Shown here piece after piece: positions 36,743 to 48,723 of a DNA stretch of 64,000 nucleotides. The position numbers and the translations under genes are program-made. This stretch comes from Podarcis vaucheri. Taxonomy: Eukaryota. Each line of letters opens with the position of its first letter. Within the stretch, counting starts at the first letter, position 1. The DNA is taken from the NCBI GenBank assembly GCA_965113315.1, contig OZ220382.1. One strand, given 5' to 3'. Below the pieces are notes generated by a model. That model saw nothing but the letters and a program-made list of their open reading frames with translations. It had not been told where the DNA came from and ran no database searches.

Positions 36743-38494
36743 ACAAGCTACATAGAGATAGTATGCTGAGACCGCAAAAGTTCAGGATCTGACAATTCCA
36801 CAGGAGGCAGAACATTACAGCCCTATGTTCCTGCCTGGGTCAGATCTTCATCACAAGAAGAACACAAGAAGAACTCCGTCCCATCAATCAACTCATTTCA
36901 CTGCTACTGCAGCAGCCCAAGTAGCAACAAATCCTGCAGGGGCAGGAGGTCTTAGTGCCCTCTCTTCTCTCCTGGTGCATTAATTATGGGATCCCTGGGA
37001 AATGTAATTTCCCCAAGGCATCTCATATTTGTCAGGAGTCCTAGAAAGCTGCACTTCCCAGTACTCCATGCATCTATGCTGGCTGGGGCTCTTGGGAGTT
37101 GGAGTCCAGCAGCAATTGGAGTGAACCCAGTTTGCTACCCCCACCAAAATCTTTGAGATCTTTCCCCATCATTCAACCTGTTTCCCTTTCACTGTCTCCC
37201 TCTTCATTGGCAATAAAATTAGAGCTACTAAATCCTTCAGTGAGTATCCTAAGCTCATTGCAGGTATCCTAAGTTCACTGAAGATGCAGAACCTATGGCC
37301 CACCCAAACTTGTTGGAGATACTCCAGTTCCCATCAGCCTCAGCCTGCTTGCCCAAAGGGCAGGGATGGGTTGGTGTTATAGTCAAAGAACATAGGAAAG
37401 ACTGCAGAATCCCCATCTCTGACCACCTAAAGATCAGTAACAAATTCAGAAAATTTGAAAGTTATAACTTTGGGGGTGGTTGTGCTTGAAGTTAAACCAA
37501 ATGAAACAACTGGAGAATTGAGCCTTCACTTCAGATTTGGTGACTTAACCAGTTCCCTGGTTATACCTGCCCTTGTTTCCATGCCCTGCCTTGCCTACTG
37601 AGGGATCCTTCCCCATTTCACAAAAGCTGACAATGGTCTGCCTCTGACCCACCCATGACCCTGTTCTCATAACCTTTCAACCTTGGAGGGGCTATTCCCA
37701 TGTAGCCAGCCCCACAGCTTTTCTTCCCAACATAATACAGACTCACTTGTCTAGCAGCCCCACCACACATTTCCGACCATTTGTACCTTTCCCAAGTTCA
37801 TTTTCATATAAATGTCCACACAGATTTGTCACAGAGCCAGTGAACAAGGGGTCTGACACCTACAATGGAGAATCCAAATAGCAATAGCCCCGCCCACAAC
37901 CCCTATTAATTAAAAGGTGGTGCAACCACAGAGAAAGGAATAGGAACTGCTGCACATGCACACATGTGGCTGCTACCTATTCTAATGTGGCTCAAGAACA
38001 CAAAGACAATTTGTCTGGTTCAGGCCAAAGATGCATCTAGTCCAACATCTTGATTCCAACAGTGGCCAATCAGATGCCCTTTTAAGGGAATCCTGCAATC
38101 TGGGTACAAGAACAATGCATCCGCACACACTGCCTTTGCTGCTGTCTTCCCATCAATTAATAGAGAAAGGACCACCTTGTTAAGAGGCAGCCTGTGCAAC
38201 AATAATGGCTGACAGACCTACCCCACTCTAATCCAGGGGTGAAACTAGGCTTTATTTCAGTTGAGTCAAAGACCCAGTTTAGCACACCCTTGCCACACAC
38301 ACAGGCTGGAAGCCTCAATCGTGTCCATCTGGAGGCTGCACCCGGGGCAAAAATCCAAGCTACTCCTGTAGCTATCCTGATAGTCTAATGTCCTTTTAAT
38401 GACATTGCATGCTTGGTCTACACTTGCAACAGACTGAGATTGAAGAGGCCTGGGGTAGTGAAATGGATAGTAGCACTTCAGGCAGCAGGAGTGG

Positions 38495-38960
38495 AAATCG
38501 TTGTTGCGGGCATCCATCTGTCTGGGGAGACAATGGAAATGTGCACCTTTGGAAGTAAAGTCAAACTGTTGAAGAGTTACAGTGTGTGCTATAGTTGTAT
38601 AGACCAATATAGGAAAGACTGGTTTTATTGCAGGTGGGGCAGATGAAGGCATCCAGTTTTGCTACTACTGGTACACCATAGTGTTTCTTTTCTCTGTGTT
38701 CCTTCCAGCAGTCAAGTCATTCCTCCTCCGGTCACTTCTGTGGATATACAACCTGACTGTCTGTCTCCAGGCATTGTGGTCAACTGCAAGGAACTCTCAC
38801 AAGGCAGGGCTGATGTTGTCAGCCTTAATATCTTTTTTGCAAACATCTTTGTAATGCAGCGTTGGTCTGCCAACAAGCCTAGTGCCTGAAGGTGGCTCCT
38901 CATAGAGCATGTCCTTAGGGATCCAGCCATCTTCCCTTCTGTGGGCATGACCATATTATA
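38495..38960 (-). mobile_element. RTE-clade LINE 3' fragment
   Basis: Minus-strand peptide RLVGRPTLHYKDVCKKDIK...LAVDHNAWRQTV (RTE ORF C-terminus). Its tail tccattgtctc...gacagatggatgcc recurs on the + strand at about 39370-39405. Confidence 0.7.
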
Positions 38961-40379
38961 TCTCTCCTAACTAAGCGCTCATTTGTGATACCTTCCTCTG
39001 CCTAATCTTTGTCCCTACCCAATGTGTCCCCAACCCCATTCCCCTCCTCACCCTGTCTTTTATTTGACCATTTATGTATTTATATTATATTATTCAAGTA
39101 TTGGAAAATCCATTACACATCTTAAGGAGAAGAAAAGGCTAAGGAATGAAGCCTACACAAAGCTGGAGTGGAGCTCCTAAGCCAAGCTAGTGCAAAATGA
39201 ACTGCTCTGCTTTCCTTTGGACACTGCTCAGGCTTGAACCCCAGAGAGCTCACTTCAGTGCTGCTAATGCAGCAAAAACAACACAGGAGGAAACAGTTAC
39301 AAGTTACCAGTCTGTGAAGCCACAGCAGGTGCTGTGATTCTCCAGCAATTTGATTTCGTCCCTGGAGGCACACTCCATTGTCTCTCAAGACAGATGGATG
39401 CCAACTATACACACACAGAGAGAGAGAAACCAAGTACATGAAAAAGTCTTTTGATCTCACAAGGGTCTTCCATAGCCTCTATTTCCAGGGGGGGGGGGAA
39501 ACAGTCTCTGCCCATGTCAAGAATTCCCTGGCCAAGGCATCTAAGGGCCCAGGTGCTAAATTTGCTACTAGAGGCTGATCTGACTGCCCCAACCTCCACC
39601 AACCCCTTCACCTGGTCAGTTTCTGGCACTGCCGTAGAGCCTTTAGGGCAGGTGGAAGCAACTGTGTGGGTCTGGGTTCTTCCATGTCATGTATTGAATG
39701 TGGGACTGGAGTAGAACCGTGCTCAGAGGAAGGCAGCCAGCCAGCAGTGGTAGGGACACCTGAGTATATATTAACAGAGTGCTCAACAGCCTGCCAAGTC
39801 TCAGGAAGCCGGAAAGTGCAACAGGCTTGGCTTCAAAGCCCCAGCATAACATGGTCAAAAAGTTTCCAAAGAAGGAACCACAGATCCTTCCTTTCAGTCA
39901 AGACCCCTTTTATGTCAATTCTGCATTTGGTTTGGCTCTGCTGCCGGGCATCAAGGGCTCACATTGCTCCAGTGCCTGGGGCTGGCTTTGATCTGAAGGG
40001 CTGGACACATCACGTTTGGCTGGGCAGAGATGACGGCTGCTGGGGAAGATGCAGTTATACCGTGACCCCCCCAAGTGTTTGTCAATCAAGCTCTGGGCTT
40101 GAATGCAACACCCCCTCTCCCATCCCAGCAGTACTGAAGTCTATGTGTATCATTGCTTGGGATCTTCACAACCTTTAAAGTGTCTTGTAAACTTCCTCTC
40201 TTTTTTGGTTGAGAATGTTGAGGGCCTCTTTGCTCCTGTGCCCAAATCAGGTAGGCAAGATTTAGGAACACAGGTAACTGCCTTATACTCAGACTATCGG
40301 ACTGTCTCACTCAGTATTGTCTACCCAAACCGGCAGCGGCAGTCCAGGATTTTAGGCAGGGTCCTTTCCAACCCTACCT

Positions 40380-40796
40380 TTCCAGTACGTTTCCGAGCAC
40401 AATTCAAAGTGTTGGTGCTGACCTTTAAAGCCCTAAACGGCCTTGGTCCAGTATACCTGAAGGAGCGTCTCCACCCCCATCATTCTGCCCGGACGCCGAG
40501 GTCCAGCGCCAAGGGCCTTCTGGCGGTTCCCTCATTGCAAGAAGCAAAGCTAAAGGGAACCAGGCAGAGGGCCTTCTCGGTAGTGGCACCCGCCCTGTGG
40601 AACGCCCTTCCAGCAGATGTCAAAGCAATAAACAACTACATGACATTCAGAAGACATCTTAAGGCAGCCCTGTTCAGGGAAGTTTTTAACGTGTGATATT
40701 TTACTGTATTTTTGGTTTCTATGGAAGCCGCCCAGAGTGGCTGGGGAGGCCCAGCCAGATGGGTGGGGTATAAATAATAAATTATTATTATTATTA
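40380..40796 (+). mobile_element. 5'-truncated L2 LINE (ORF2 C-terminus plus (ATT)n tail) inserted in a SINE
   Basis: Encodes FPVRFRAQFKVLVLTFKALNGLGPVYLKERL...RAFSVVAPALWNALP...FRRHLKAALF. The short duplication ctacct flanks it. Confidence 0.88.
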
Positions 40797-41535
40797 CTAC
40801 CTGGAGATGCCAGGGTTTGAACTTTGGACTCTCTGTGTACAAAGCAGATGTTCTGCCACCAAGCTACAGCCCTTCCCCAATTTGCTTCTGAATTTAGAAA
40901 CATAGGAAGCTGCCTTACAGGAAGGCAGACAATGTGCCCCCAGCACTGCCTATCTGGTTTAGATGTGCCTCTTTTGGTAGAGATTTGCCAGTGAGCTATG
41001 TCCAACTTCCCAAAGGCACCACCATCTTATCACTTGAAACTGGGTTTGCCTGGGATTCTAACCTGGGATTTCTTGTGCTTTCAGTGAGAATCATGTCCCA
41101 AGACAAAAAAGACAGGCAAACCTAGGTCCTTTTGCTTAGCATCTATAGATCACAGATGGCATGAGAGAGATCCCAGACAAAAGGTCATCCAGATGCTGGT
41201 TAAATACCTCTAGCAAAGGAAATATTTTAGCAGAGGCATTTCAGCTGCTGGGGAATGCTCCAGTTGCATAATGCAGAGAGTTGGATTAGATGAGATCCAA
41301 TATCCTTTCCAACTCTAAAAGCCTATATAGTCTTCAATATCTCAGAGCAGCTATCAGGCAGGTGTGCTAATTTAAACAGGGAAGCAGTGCTGTGGGACAT
41401 TATTTCCTTAAACCAACCAAAGTTATTAGCCTTGCTCATAGGAGTCAAGGTGGGGCTTACCTCCCTCCCCCAATATTTTATTCAAGTTGGCACCTCTGGC
41501 CTTACTGGGTGAAAACCCTACTAAAACCCCACTAG

Positions 41536-42260
41536 CAGTGCTTTTTTCTAAAAAAATTAAAATGTTTAGGGGTACATTTTCCTAAAAAGGTAAAAGGTAA
41601 AGGGACCCCTGACCATTAGGTCCAGTCGTGTCCGACCCCGGGGGTTGCAGCACTCATCTCGCTTTATTGGCCGAGGGAGCCGGCATACAGCTTCCGGGTC
41701 ATGTGGCCAGCATGTCTAAGCCGCTTCTGGCGAAACCAGAGCAGCACACGAAAACGCCGTTTACCTTCCCACCGGAGTGGTACCTATTTATCTACTTGCA
41801 CTTTGACATGCTTTTGAACCGCTAGGTTGGCAGGAGCTGGGACCGAGCAACGGGAGCTCACCCCGTTGTGGGGATTCAAACCACCGACCTTCTGATCGGC
41901 AAGTCCTAGGCTCTGTGGTTTAACCCATAGCGCCACCCGCGTCCCTACATTTTCCTACTCATATTGAATGAGGCCAAACTTAGATTCACAAAATGAATGT
42001 TGTGCTTAATGTTGGTATTGTTGTATTTTATATGTATTTGGTGTTTTTATATCTTTTTTGTCTTTGTCCCTGTATTTTTTTTTCATAGAATCATAGAATC
42101 ATAGAGTTGGAAGAGACCACAAGGGCCATCGAGTCCAACCCCCTGCCAAGCATTGTTAAAATTTGGCATTGTTAAAAAAAAATAAAAAACAACCAAACTT
42201 AGATTCACAAAATGTTTAGGGGTATGTGTACCCCTGCGTACCCACAGAAAAAAAGCACTG
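41536..42260. mobile_element. hAT-type MITE carrying nested insertions
   Basis: TIR CAGTGCTTTTTTC(T) / AAAAAAAGCACTG and perfect 8-bp TSD cccactag (41528-41535 and 42261-42268). Confidence 0.88.
41585..41945 (-). mobile_element. Sauria SINE nested in a hAT-type MITE
   Basis: Full-length reverse copy with 12-bp TSD tacattttccta (41573-41584 and 41946-41957). Confidence 0.92.
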
Positions 42261-42271
42261 CCCACTAGGTA

Positions 42272-42607
42272 CAGTGGTGCCTCGCAAGACGAAAAGATTC
42301 CGTTCCGTGATTCTCTTCGTCTAGCGGTTTTTTCGTCTTGCGAAGCAAGCCCATTGACGGATTAGAGGATTAGCGCTATTAGTGCTATTAGCGGCTTTTA
42401 GCGGCTTATCGGATCAGCTGATAAGCGGTTCAGCGGCTTAGAAAAAGGGGGGGAGGAAAAAAAACCCCGCAGGAACTCGCAAGACATTTTCGTCTTGCGA
42501 AGCAAGCCCATAGGAGATTCGTTTTGCGAAGCACCTTCAAAACGGAAAACTCTTTCGTCTAGCGAGTTTTCCGTCTTGCGAGGCATTCGTCTTGCGGGGC
42601 ACCACTG
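42272..42607. mobile_element. Tc1/mariner-pogo-type MITE (same family as 14848)
   Basis: Same TIRs and TA TSD, with internal ttagcggc-type repeats. Confidence 0.9.
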
Positions 42608-45214
42608 TACCTCTAACATACCTCTGCTTTTTCCTCACTAAGGTAGTTGTAGCTAGTTCACCTCCTGGCTAGTCAGCTCTCCTGGCCTGGCAAATGGTTA
42701 CCATCCCATTTGGGTCAGTACAATGTGTTATACATGAGGCTTCCCTTGGAGCTTCAATTAGTACAAAACATAGCTAGAATGATTTTGAAGACCCATTTAG
42801 ACTTAGGAAGAAGAAGAGTAGGCAGAGATAGCACAGATTAGGAGGAGGGGACAAAGATGAAGGAGAAGGAGAAGGAGAAAGAGAAGGAGAAATGGATTGA
42901 CAAAATGCTAAATTAGAAGATTTGAAAAACATGTTTCTACCATGAACTTTCCTGGGTGGTCTGCAGCAACTTGCTAGGTGTAAACTAGAAAGCAATCTGC
43001 TCGCTGGACAATACACAGCAGAAATTAAACCGGCCTAAAATGTGGCAAGAGGAATAATTTATATACATAGAAAGACAGAAACACAGACACACACACCAGG
43101 GCTGGCCCACCCATGAGGCAAGGTGAGGCGACCACCTCAAGGTGGCAGAATTCACTGGGGCAGCAGATCCCGATGTTGATCTTCCTGTCCCCCACCCTCG
43201 TTCCTGATGTAGCGCTTCCTTCACCCCTTCTTCCCTGGCAAAGAGGGAGTGCAATCTTGGGGTCTACCTCATGTGGCAAAATGTATTGGGTTGGCTCTGA
43301 CACCTAAGTACATGCACACACACACGCAAGCCTTGAAGTGGGTCTGGAATTAGCAGAAGTGCCAAATTCCTTAGAGTTCTAAATACTTCCCCTCCCCCCA
43401 CCACTTTGGCCCCCAAACCTTGGCCTGGTGTTTCTGGGCTTTGTGGTGTTCCTGCTTACCTGTCTCCGCCTCCCTTCCTATGGTGGCTGCTGTGGTGACA
43501 GCAGAAGAAGGCTGGGAAGGAACTCAGTCTGCCCGCCTCTCCTAATCCCCAGTATATGCATAAAATAAAAAAGGATACACTTGGACAGTGTAGATAGTGT
43601 CTCCCCATCTTTGGAGACCCATTCTTGGGTTGTGAAGGTGGGGAGGCACTTTTTACACTTTGGCCAGTAGGCTTGCAAGATTCTAAAAACTTTCAGGAAC
43701 AGGTACCTTGAAATCATAGAATGGGAGGGAAGCCAAGGGTCATCTCGTCCAACCCTCTGCTATACACCTTAAGCAAGTAAAATAAAATTAAAAAAAACAG
43801 TGGCTACTTCTCTGCTTTTACAAAGTTTTTGACAGCGTGGCAAAGTGGTGTCTGGTTCAGAGGACAGATGTCATTACAAGGCAAAGTCAGCAAGGTGGCC
43901 CCAGAAAACTGTAGGCATATGGCTATTTGGGCAAAACCTGCTTAAATCATAGACTCAGCAGAAAAGAACCAACTGGGGTGAGGAGGGGGGGAACCCCACA
44001 GAAACAAAATGAAAATGGGTTCTACAACAAAGTGTTGCAGTATGAAGCACTGCAGTTGTCGCACTTCAGTAGGTGCCTGCTGGGGCTAGGGTTTCACTCC
44101 CAGGATGGATAAGCCTCTTACCAAAACACTTTGAGGGCAGGTTTGTGGGTGGAGCACAGTCTAAACAAACCAAGGTGAAGCATGGAGACTTGACCTAGAT
44201 TCAAGGCATCATCCAAAGACAAGGTCAGGCAACAGTCTAGCGTCAATAACTATTGTCAATAAGGAGTGCGGAGCATCAACTAGCGTCAATAAGGAGTGCA
44301 GGCAAAGTACAAAAGAGCAAGAAGAGGCTACACTCAGGACCAGGGACCCAACGACCCACCTTGTTTCTGGCAATTGAGTGGCTCAACAGAGAGAGACCTC
44401 TGACCTCCTAGACCACACCTTAATCACAATTGCTGGGAGTGAGGAAGCTTCAGGGTTTATTTTCTCAGTAGGGGACCCCTTACTCACAAGCTGCACAATG
44501 ACTTGAGATAAGCAGGTGCATGCTATGTTGTTATCATGGACTGGATGGTGGTGGCACTGATTTCTCCTCTGGTAGTTCCAAATGTTCTTGAACAGGTTTG
44601 TGCCTAGGAGGCCATCAGGGGGATCTTCAGCTCTGGTTCCAGGGACCCTAGCTGCTTCTGAAATTCCTTGATCTGCAGGGTGCCTGGTTCATTCTCTGTG
44701 ACTGGTACCAGGTCAAGGTTAGGCATGGCAGCAGTTCTGCACTCCAGGCACACTGTTCCATCTCCCCTCTCGCCCATTTTCCATTCTTCTCCCAACAGTC
44801 GGTGCTATCCCCAGCTCCTCTCGACATCCTGACGCCACACATGTGATGTCAGGACACAGTGCCACACATTTCGTCACACGTGTGATGTTGCCCCCACCCC
44901 CCAATTGCTCTCACAAGCTGGCACCTCTGGCTACTAAGTATGACAGTTTTGTTAGGTGGGTGCCTGCATAAGGAGCTGACAATTCCCATTGGGGAAAATT
45001 CTAATGTGCTCCCAACCAAGGAATCTGGACCCCAAAATGATAAAAAAGTAAAACCCAGGAAAATCAAACCAGCAAAAAACAAAAAGTAAGGCTTGTTTAA
45101 GGCTGCTTATTTGTTTACAGTACTATATGCAGATCTGGCTGTTTGGATTTGCAGTGTATATAGTGAGGTTTGGGTACCAATTCTTTGTGTTTGGACAACT
45201 GAATGTTCATATTA

Positions 45215-45576
45215 CAGTGGTACCTCGCAAGACGAAATTAATCCGTTCCGTGAGTCTCTTCGTCTAGCGGTTTTTCCGTCTTGCGAAGCAACCCTATTAG
45301 CGGCTTTGCGGATTAGCGCTATTAGCAGTTTAGCGGCTATTAAAGGCTTAGTGGCTATTAAAGGCTTAGCGGCTTAGCGGCTAAAAGGCTATTAGCGGCT
45401 TAGCGGCTTAGAAAAGGGGGGGGAGCGGGGAAAAATCGGAACACTCGCAAGACGTTTTCGTCTTGCAAAGCAAGCCCATAGGGAAAATCGTCTTGCGAAG
45501 CAGCTCAAAAACGGAAAACCCTTTCGTCTAGCGGGTTTTCCGTCTTGTGAGGCATTCGTCTTGCGGGGCACCACTG
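45215..45576. mobile_element. Tc1/mariner-pogo-type MITE (same family as 14848)
   Basis: Same TIRs and TA TSD, with an expanded internal (ttagcggc)n array. Confidence 0.9.
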
Positions 45577-45875
45577 TATGAGGATTTGGATGGTGGAACC
45601 TCCATGCATACTGTTTAAATAGACCTTTGAAATGTGATTTAAAAAAACACACACGAACCAATTACTGATGATTTTATGGATGTCTTTTTTATTCTTGTAT
45701 GTTGTAGGCTGCCTTGATGTGTGTGTGCACATGGGGGGTGTAATGCAAATGTGGGTCATAAATATGCAGTTAGACAGTCAGCCTTGTGAGGCGGTAGGCT
45801 CTCCTTCACTGGAGAAGCAAATGCCATTTGTCAGGGATGCTGTAACTGCACAATCCTGCACTGAGCAGGTGGTTT

Positions 45876-47105
45876 CAGGGTCAGCAAGGCTTACTGGGCA
45901 TGGGCTGGATCACTCCCGCAGAGATCCTCTGTGGGCCAGACCAGTGCAGCGCAACGCTGGAAATCGCTTCTGTGCATACCCAGACACCAAAAATCGTGCC
46001 TGCGCAGAAGTGATTTCCAGCGACACGGACATGCACAGATGTGGTTTCCAGCATCTGGGTATGCACAGAAGTGATTTTTTGACACCAAACTGGGAGGGGT
46101 GGCTAATACCCCAGAGGACAGGATCACACTTCAAAACGACCTTGACAGATTAGAGAACTGGGCCGAAATAAACAAGATGAACTTTAACAGGGAGAAATGT
46201 AAAGTATTGCACTTGGGCAAAAAAAATGAGAGGCACAAATACAAGATGGGTGACACCTGGCTTGAGAGCAGTACATGTGAAAAGGATCTAGGAGTCTTGG
46301 TTGACCACAAACTTGACATGAGCCAACAGTGTGACGCGGCAGCTAAAAAAGCCGATGCAATTCTGGGCTGCATCAATAGGAGTATAGCATCTAGATCAAG
46401 GGAAGTAATAGTGCCACTGTATTCTGCTCTGGTCAGACCTCACCTGGAGTACTGTGTCCAGTTCTGGGCACCACAATTCAAGAAGGACACTGACAAAACT
46501 GGAACGTGTCCAGAGGAGGGCAACCAAAATGGTCAAAGGCCTGGAAACGATGCCTTATGAGGAACGGCTAAGGGAGCTGGGCATGTTTAGCCTGGAGAAG
46601 AGGAGGTTAAGGGGTGATATGATAGCCATGTTCAAATATATAAAAGGATGTCACATAGAGGAGGGAGAAAGGTTGTTTTCTGCTGCTCCAGAGAAGCGGA
46701 CACGGAGCAATGGATCCAAACTACAAGAAAGAAGATTCCACCTAAACATTAGGAAGAACTTCCTGACAGTAAGAGCTGTTCGACAGTGGAATTTGCTGCC
46801 AAGGGGTGTGGTGGAGTCTCCTTCTTTGGAGGTCTTTAAGCAGAGGCTTGACAACCATATGTCAGGAGTGCTCTGATGGTGTTTCCTGCTTGGCAGGGGG
46901 TTGGACTCAATGGCCCTTGTGGTCTCTTCCAACTCTATGATTCTATGATTTCCGGAGCCGCGGAAGAGAGTCCTCGCACCGTGCTGCCCCGGTTTAGTGC
47001 AGCGACTCGCCGAGTGGGCAGCTCGGTTCGGGGGAAGCTCATGGGCCGGTTAAGCGACCCTTATGGGCCGCTTCTGGCCCATGGGCCTCAGGTTGCCGAC
47101 CTCTG
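45876..47105. mobile_element. hAT-like MITE interrupted by the CR1 insertion
   Basis: Imperfect terminal inverted repeats cagggtcagcaa / ttgccgacctctg. Internal gcacagaagtgattt repeats resume after the CR1 tail. No clear TSD. Confidence 0.55.
46081..46949 (+). mobile_element. 5'-truncated CR1 LINE (ORF2 C-terminus plus 3' tail)
   Basis: Encodes DTKLGGVANTPEDRITLQNDLDRLENWAE...[20 protein letters not shown], then one frameshift near 46495, then [16 protein letters not shown]...[11 protein letters not shown]. Ends in the CR1 (ATTCTATG)n tail. Confidence 0.95.
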
Positions 47106-47779
47106 GTTTAGACTAAATGAACTCCAAGGTCCCTTCTCCAACTCTAAAGTTCTACTTTTTAAAAATTCTTCTTTGGGCACTATCACTGATTATACAACCA
47201 CAGGAGAAGAGCCATAGACCATTGGTAGAGTACCTACTTTGCCCGCTGAAGGTTCCAGGTTCAAACCCAGACACCTCCAGGTAACACTGGATTGAAACCC
47301 AGGAGAGCCACTGCCAGTCAATGCAGACAATATTTAGCTAGATGCACCACTGGTCTGATCTGACATAAGGCAAGTCCTATCATCTTGTATGCAGCTGCAT
47401 GGTTTAAAATGCAGATTCTTTTATACATATATTCAAATTTATGTTTTTAGACAAACTGTTGGGAAAATCATGTCTTCCTAACCCTTTCATGGACCACTTG
47501 GTTTTTTATATCCCCCAATGCTTGCTTCTTCCTTACCTGCCCATGATTCTGAAAGTTTCCATTATCTCAGGTCTACCTCATACTAAAAAGAAACACCGCT
47601 TATCACCTCATTCCTGGAACAAATTCTGGGGAAGGAACCCAACCCTAAACCTTCCTGATTGACAAAGGCAGCAAGCAATAAGGAAGTGTGTAAACTTTTT
47701 TTTTTAAAAAAAAACACAAAACTTTTTTAAAAAAACGAATGAATGCACTGCTGATTGAAGAAACGTCAGGCAGGCAGAG

Positions 47780-48485
47780 AAGGTGGAAGTAAATATGAAT
47801 GTTTTAATGCACAGAACAACCTGTCAGGACCCTGCTAAAAGATGGCTGCGTGAACAGCAAGTTCTGTAAACTCAAGAGCATTTTGTGTTTGCATTCATCA
47901 CTCTTTCCAAGGGTCTCTAGCAAAGCCTTTGTCCCTGCCTCGTGTTAATTGTTCCATCTCTTCCCTCCAGGATGGTGCCTCTTGTTTGGCTCCTTGCTTG
48001 TTAAACACATTTTCTGGGACATAGTTCTTCCTGGGCAAATGAGTCCATCCTGAAGGGCAGTAGGGATTATCCTACCCATCACTGTTGTGTCCCCCTCCCC
48101 AGCTGTTTTGATTTTCCCTCCCCTCCCTCTCCATCTCTTTCTCTTTACTTTTGATCACATAATCTAGGCATTTAGTAAGGACAAAAGAGAGAGGGAGGGA
48201 GGGAGGGAGGAAGAGAGGGGAGGAGAGAGATTAAAAAGGAGAGACACTTTTTAAAAAAAACTGAGCAAAATTATGTACTTCCTTTTTAAAAACAATAATA
48301 ATAATAGTTGAAAAAAGGAAACAAACAAAAAAAGAAGTCTTGCTGATCTCTCAATTTGCAACTTTCCATGAAGTCCCATGTGGTTTTTCATTCCTCTTTT
48401 TTTTTGCTTCAAATTTCCAAGATGCCACAAGTCACCACCACAGTAGAGATTCTCGTCGTGCGCTTGCCTGGTCCGTTGCATCCTC
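47780..48485 (-). other. ASTN2: Probable ASTN2 3' UTR with ATTAAA poly(A) signal at 47803-47808
   Basis: Repeat-poor sequence downstream of the stop. Plus-strand tttaat reads ATTAAA on the minus strand and is followed by pyrimidine/U-rich sequence. Confidence 0.5.
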
Positions 48486-48723
48486 TCATCGCCCCTTCGA
48501 CTCACCATACATATTGCGCAGCATGGAGACCATTTTCTCCTCACATGTGATTTTGGTGTCCTTTAAGATGTTGTACCACACCATGCCAGGTGGCCTGACC
48601 TCCTCGCTGCGGCAGAACAGGTACGGCATGGTGTCCGTGCGGCTCTGGATGTAGGCGCTGCGGAGCAAGGTTGAGCAGTGGCTGCTGACCTTCTCCAGCC
48701 TCCTCAGGATGAGGTGAGCTTTT
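48486..48723 (-). CDS. ASTN2: Astrotactin-2 last coding exon (with stop)
   Basis: Acceptor ttttcccttccAG. Translates (R)KAHLILRRLEKVSSHCSTLLRSAYIQSRTDTMPYLFCRSEEVRPPGMVWYNILKDTKITCEEKMVSMLRNMYGESKGR*. Phase-compatible with the upstream exon, and PAPPA-ASTN2 synteny supports ASTN2 over ASTN1. Confidence 0.96.

Noticed and set aside
45295-45412. Short repeated units superficially like a CRISPR or telomeric array
   Set aside because: No unique spacers and not TTAGGG. It is an internal minisatellite of a MITE in a vertebrate genome.
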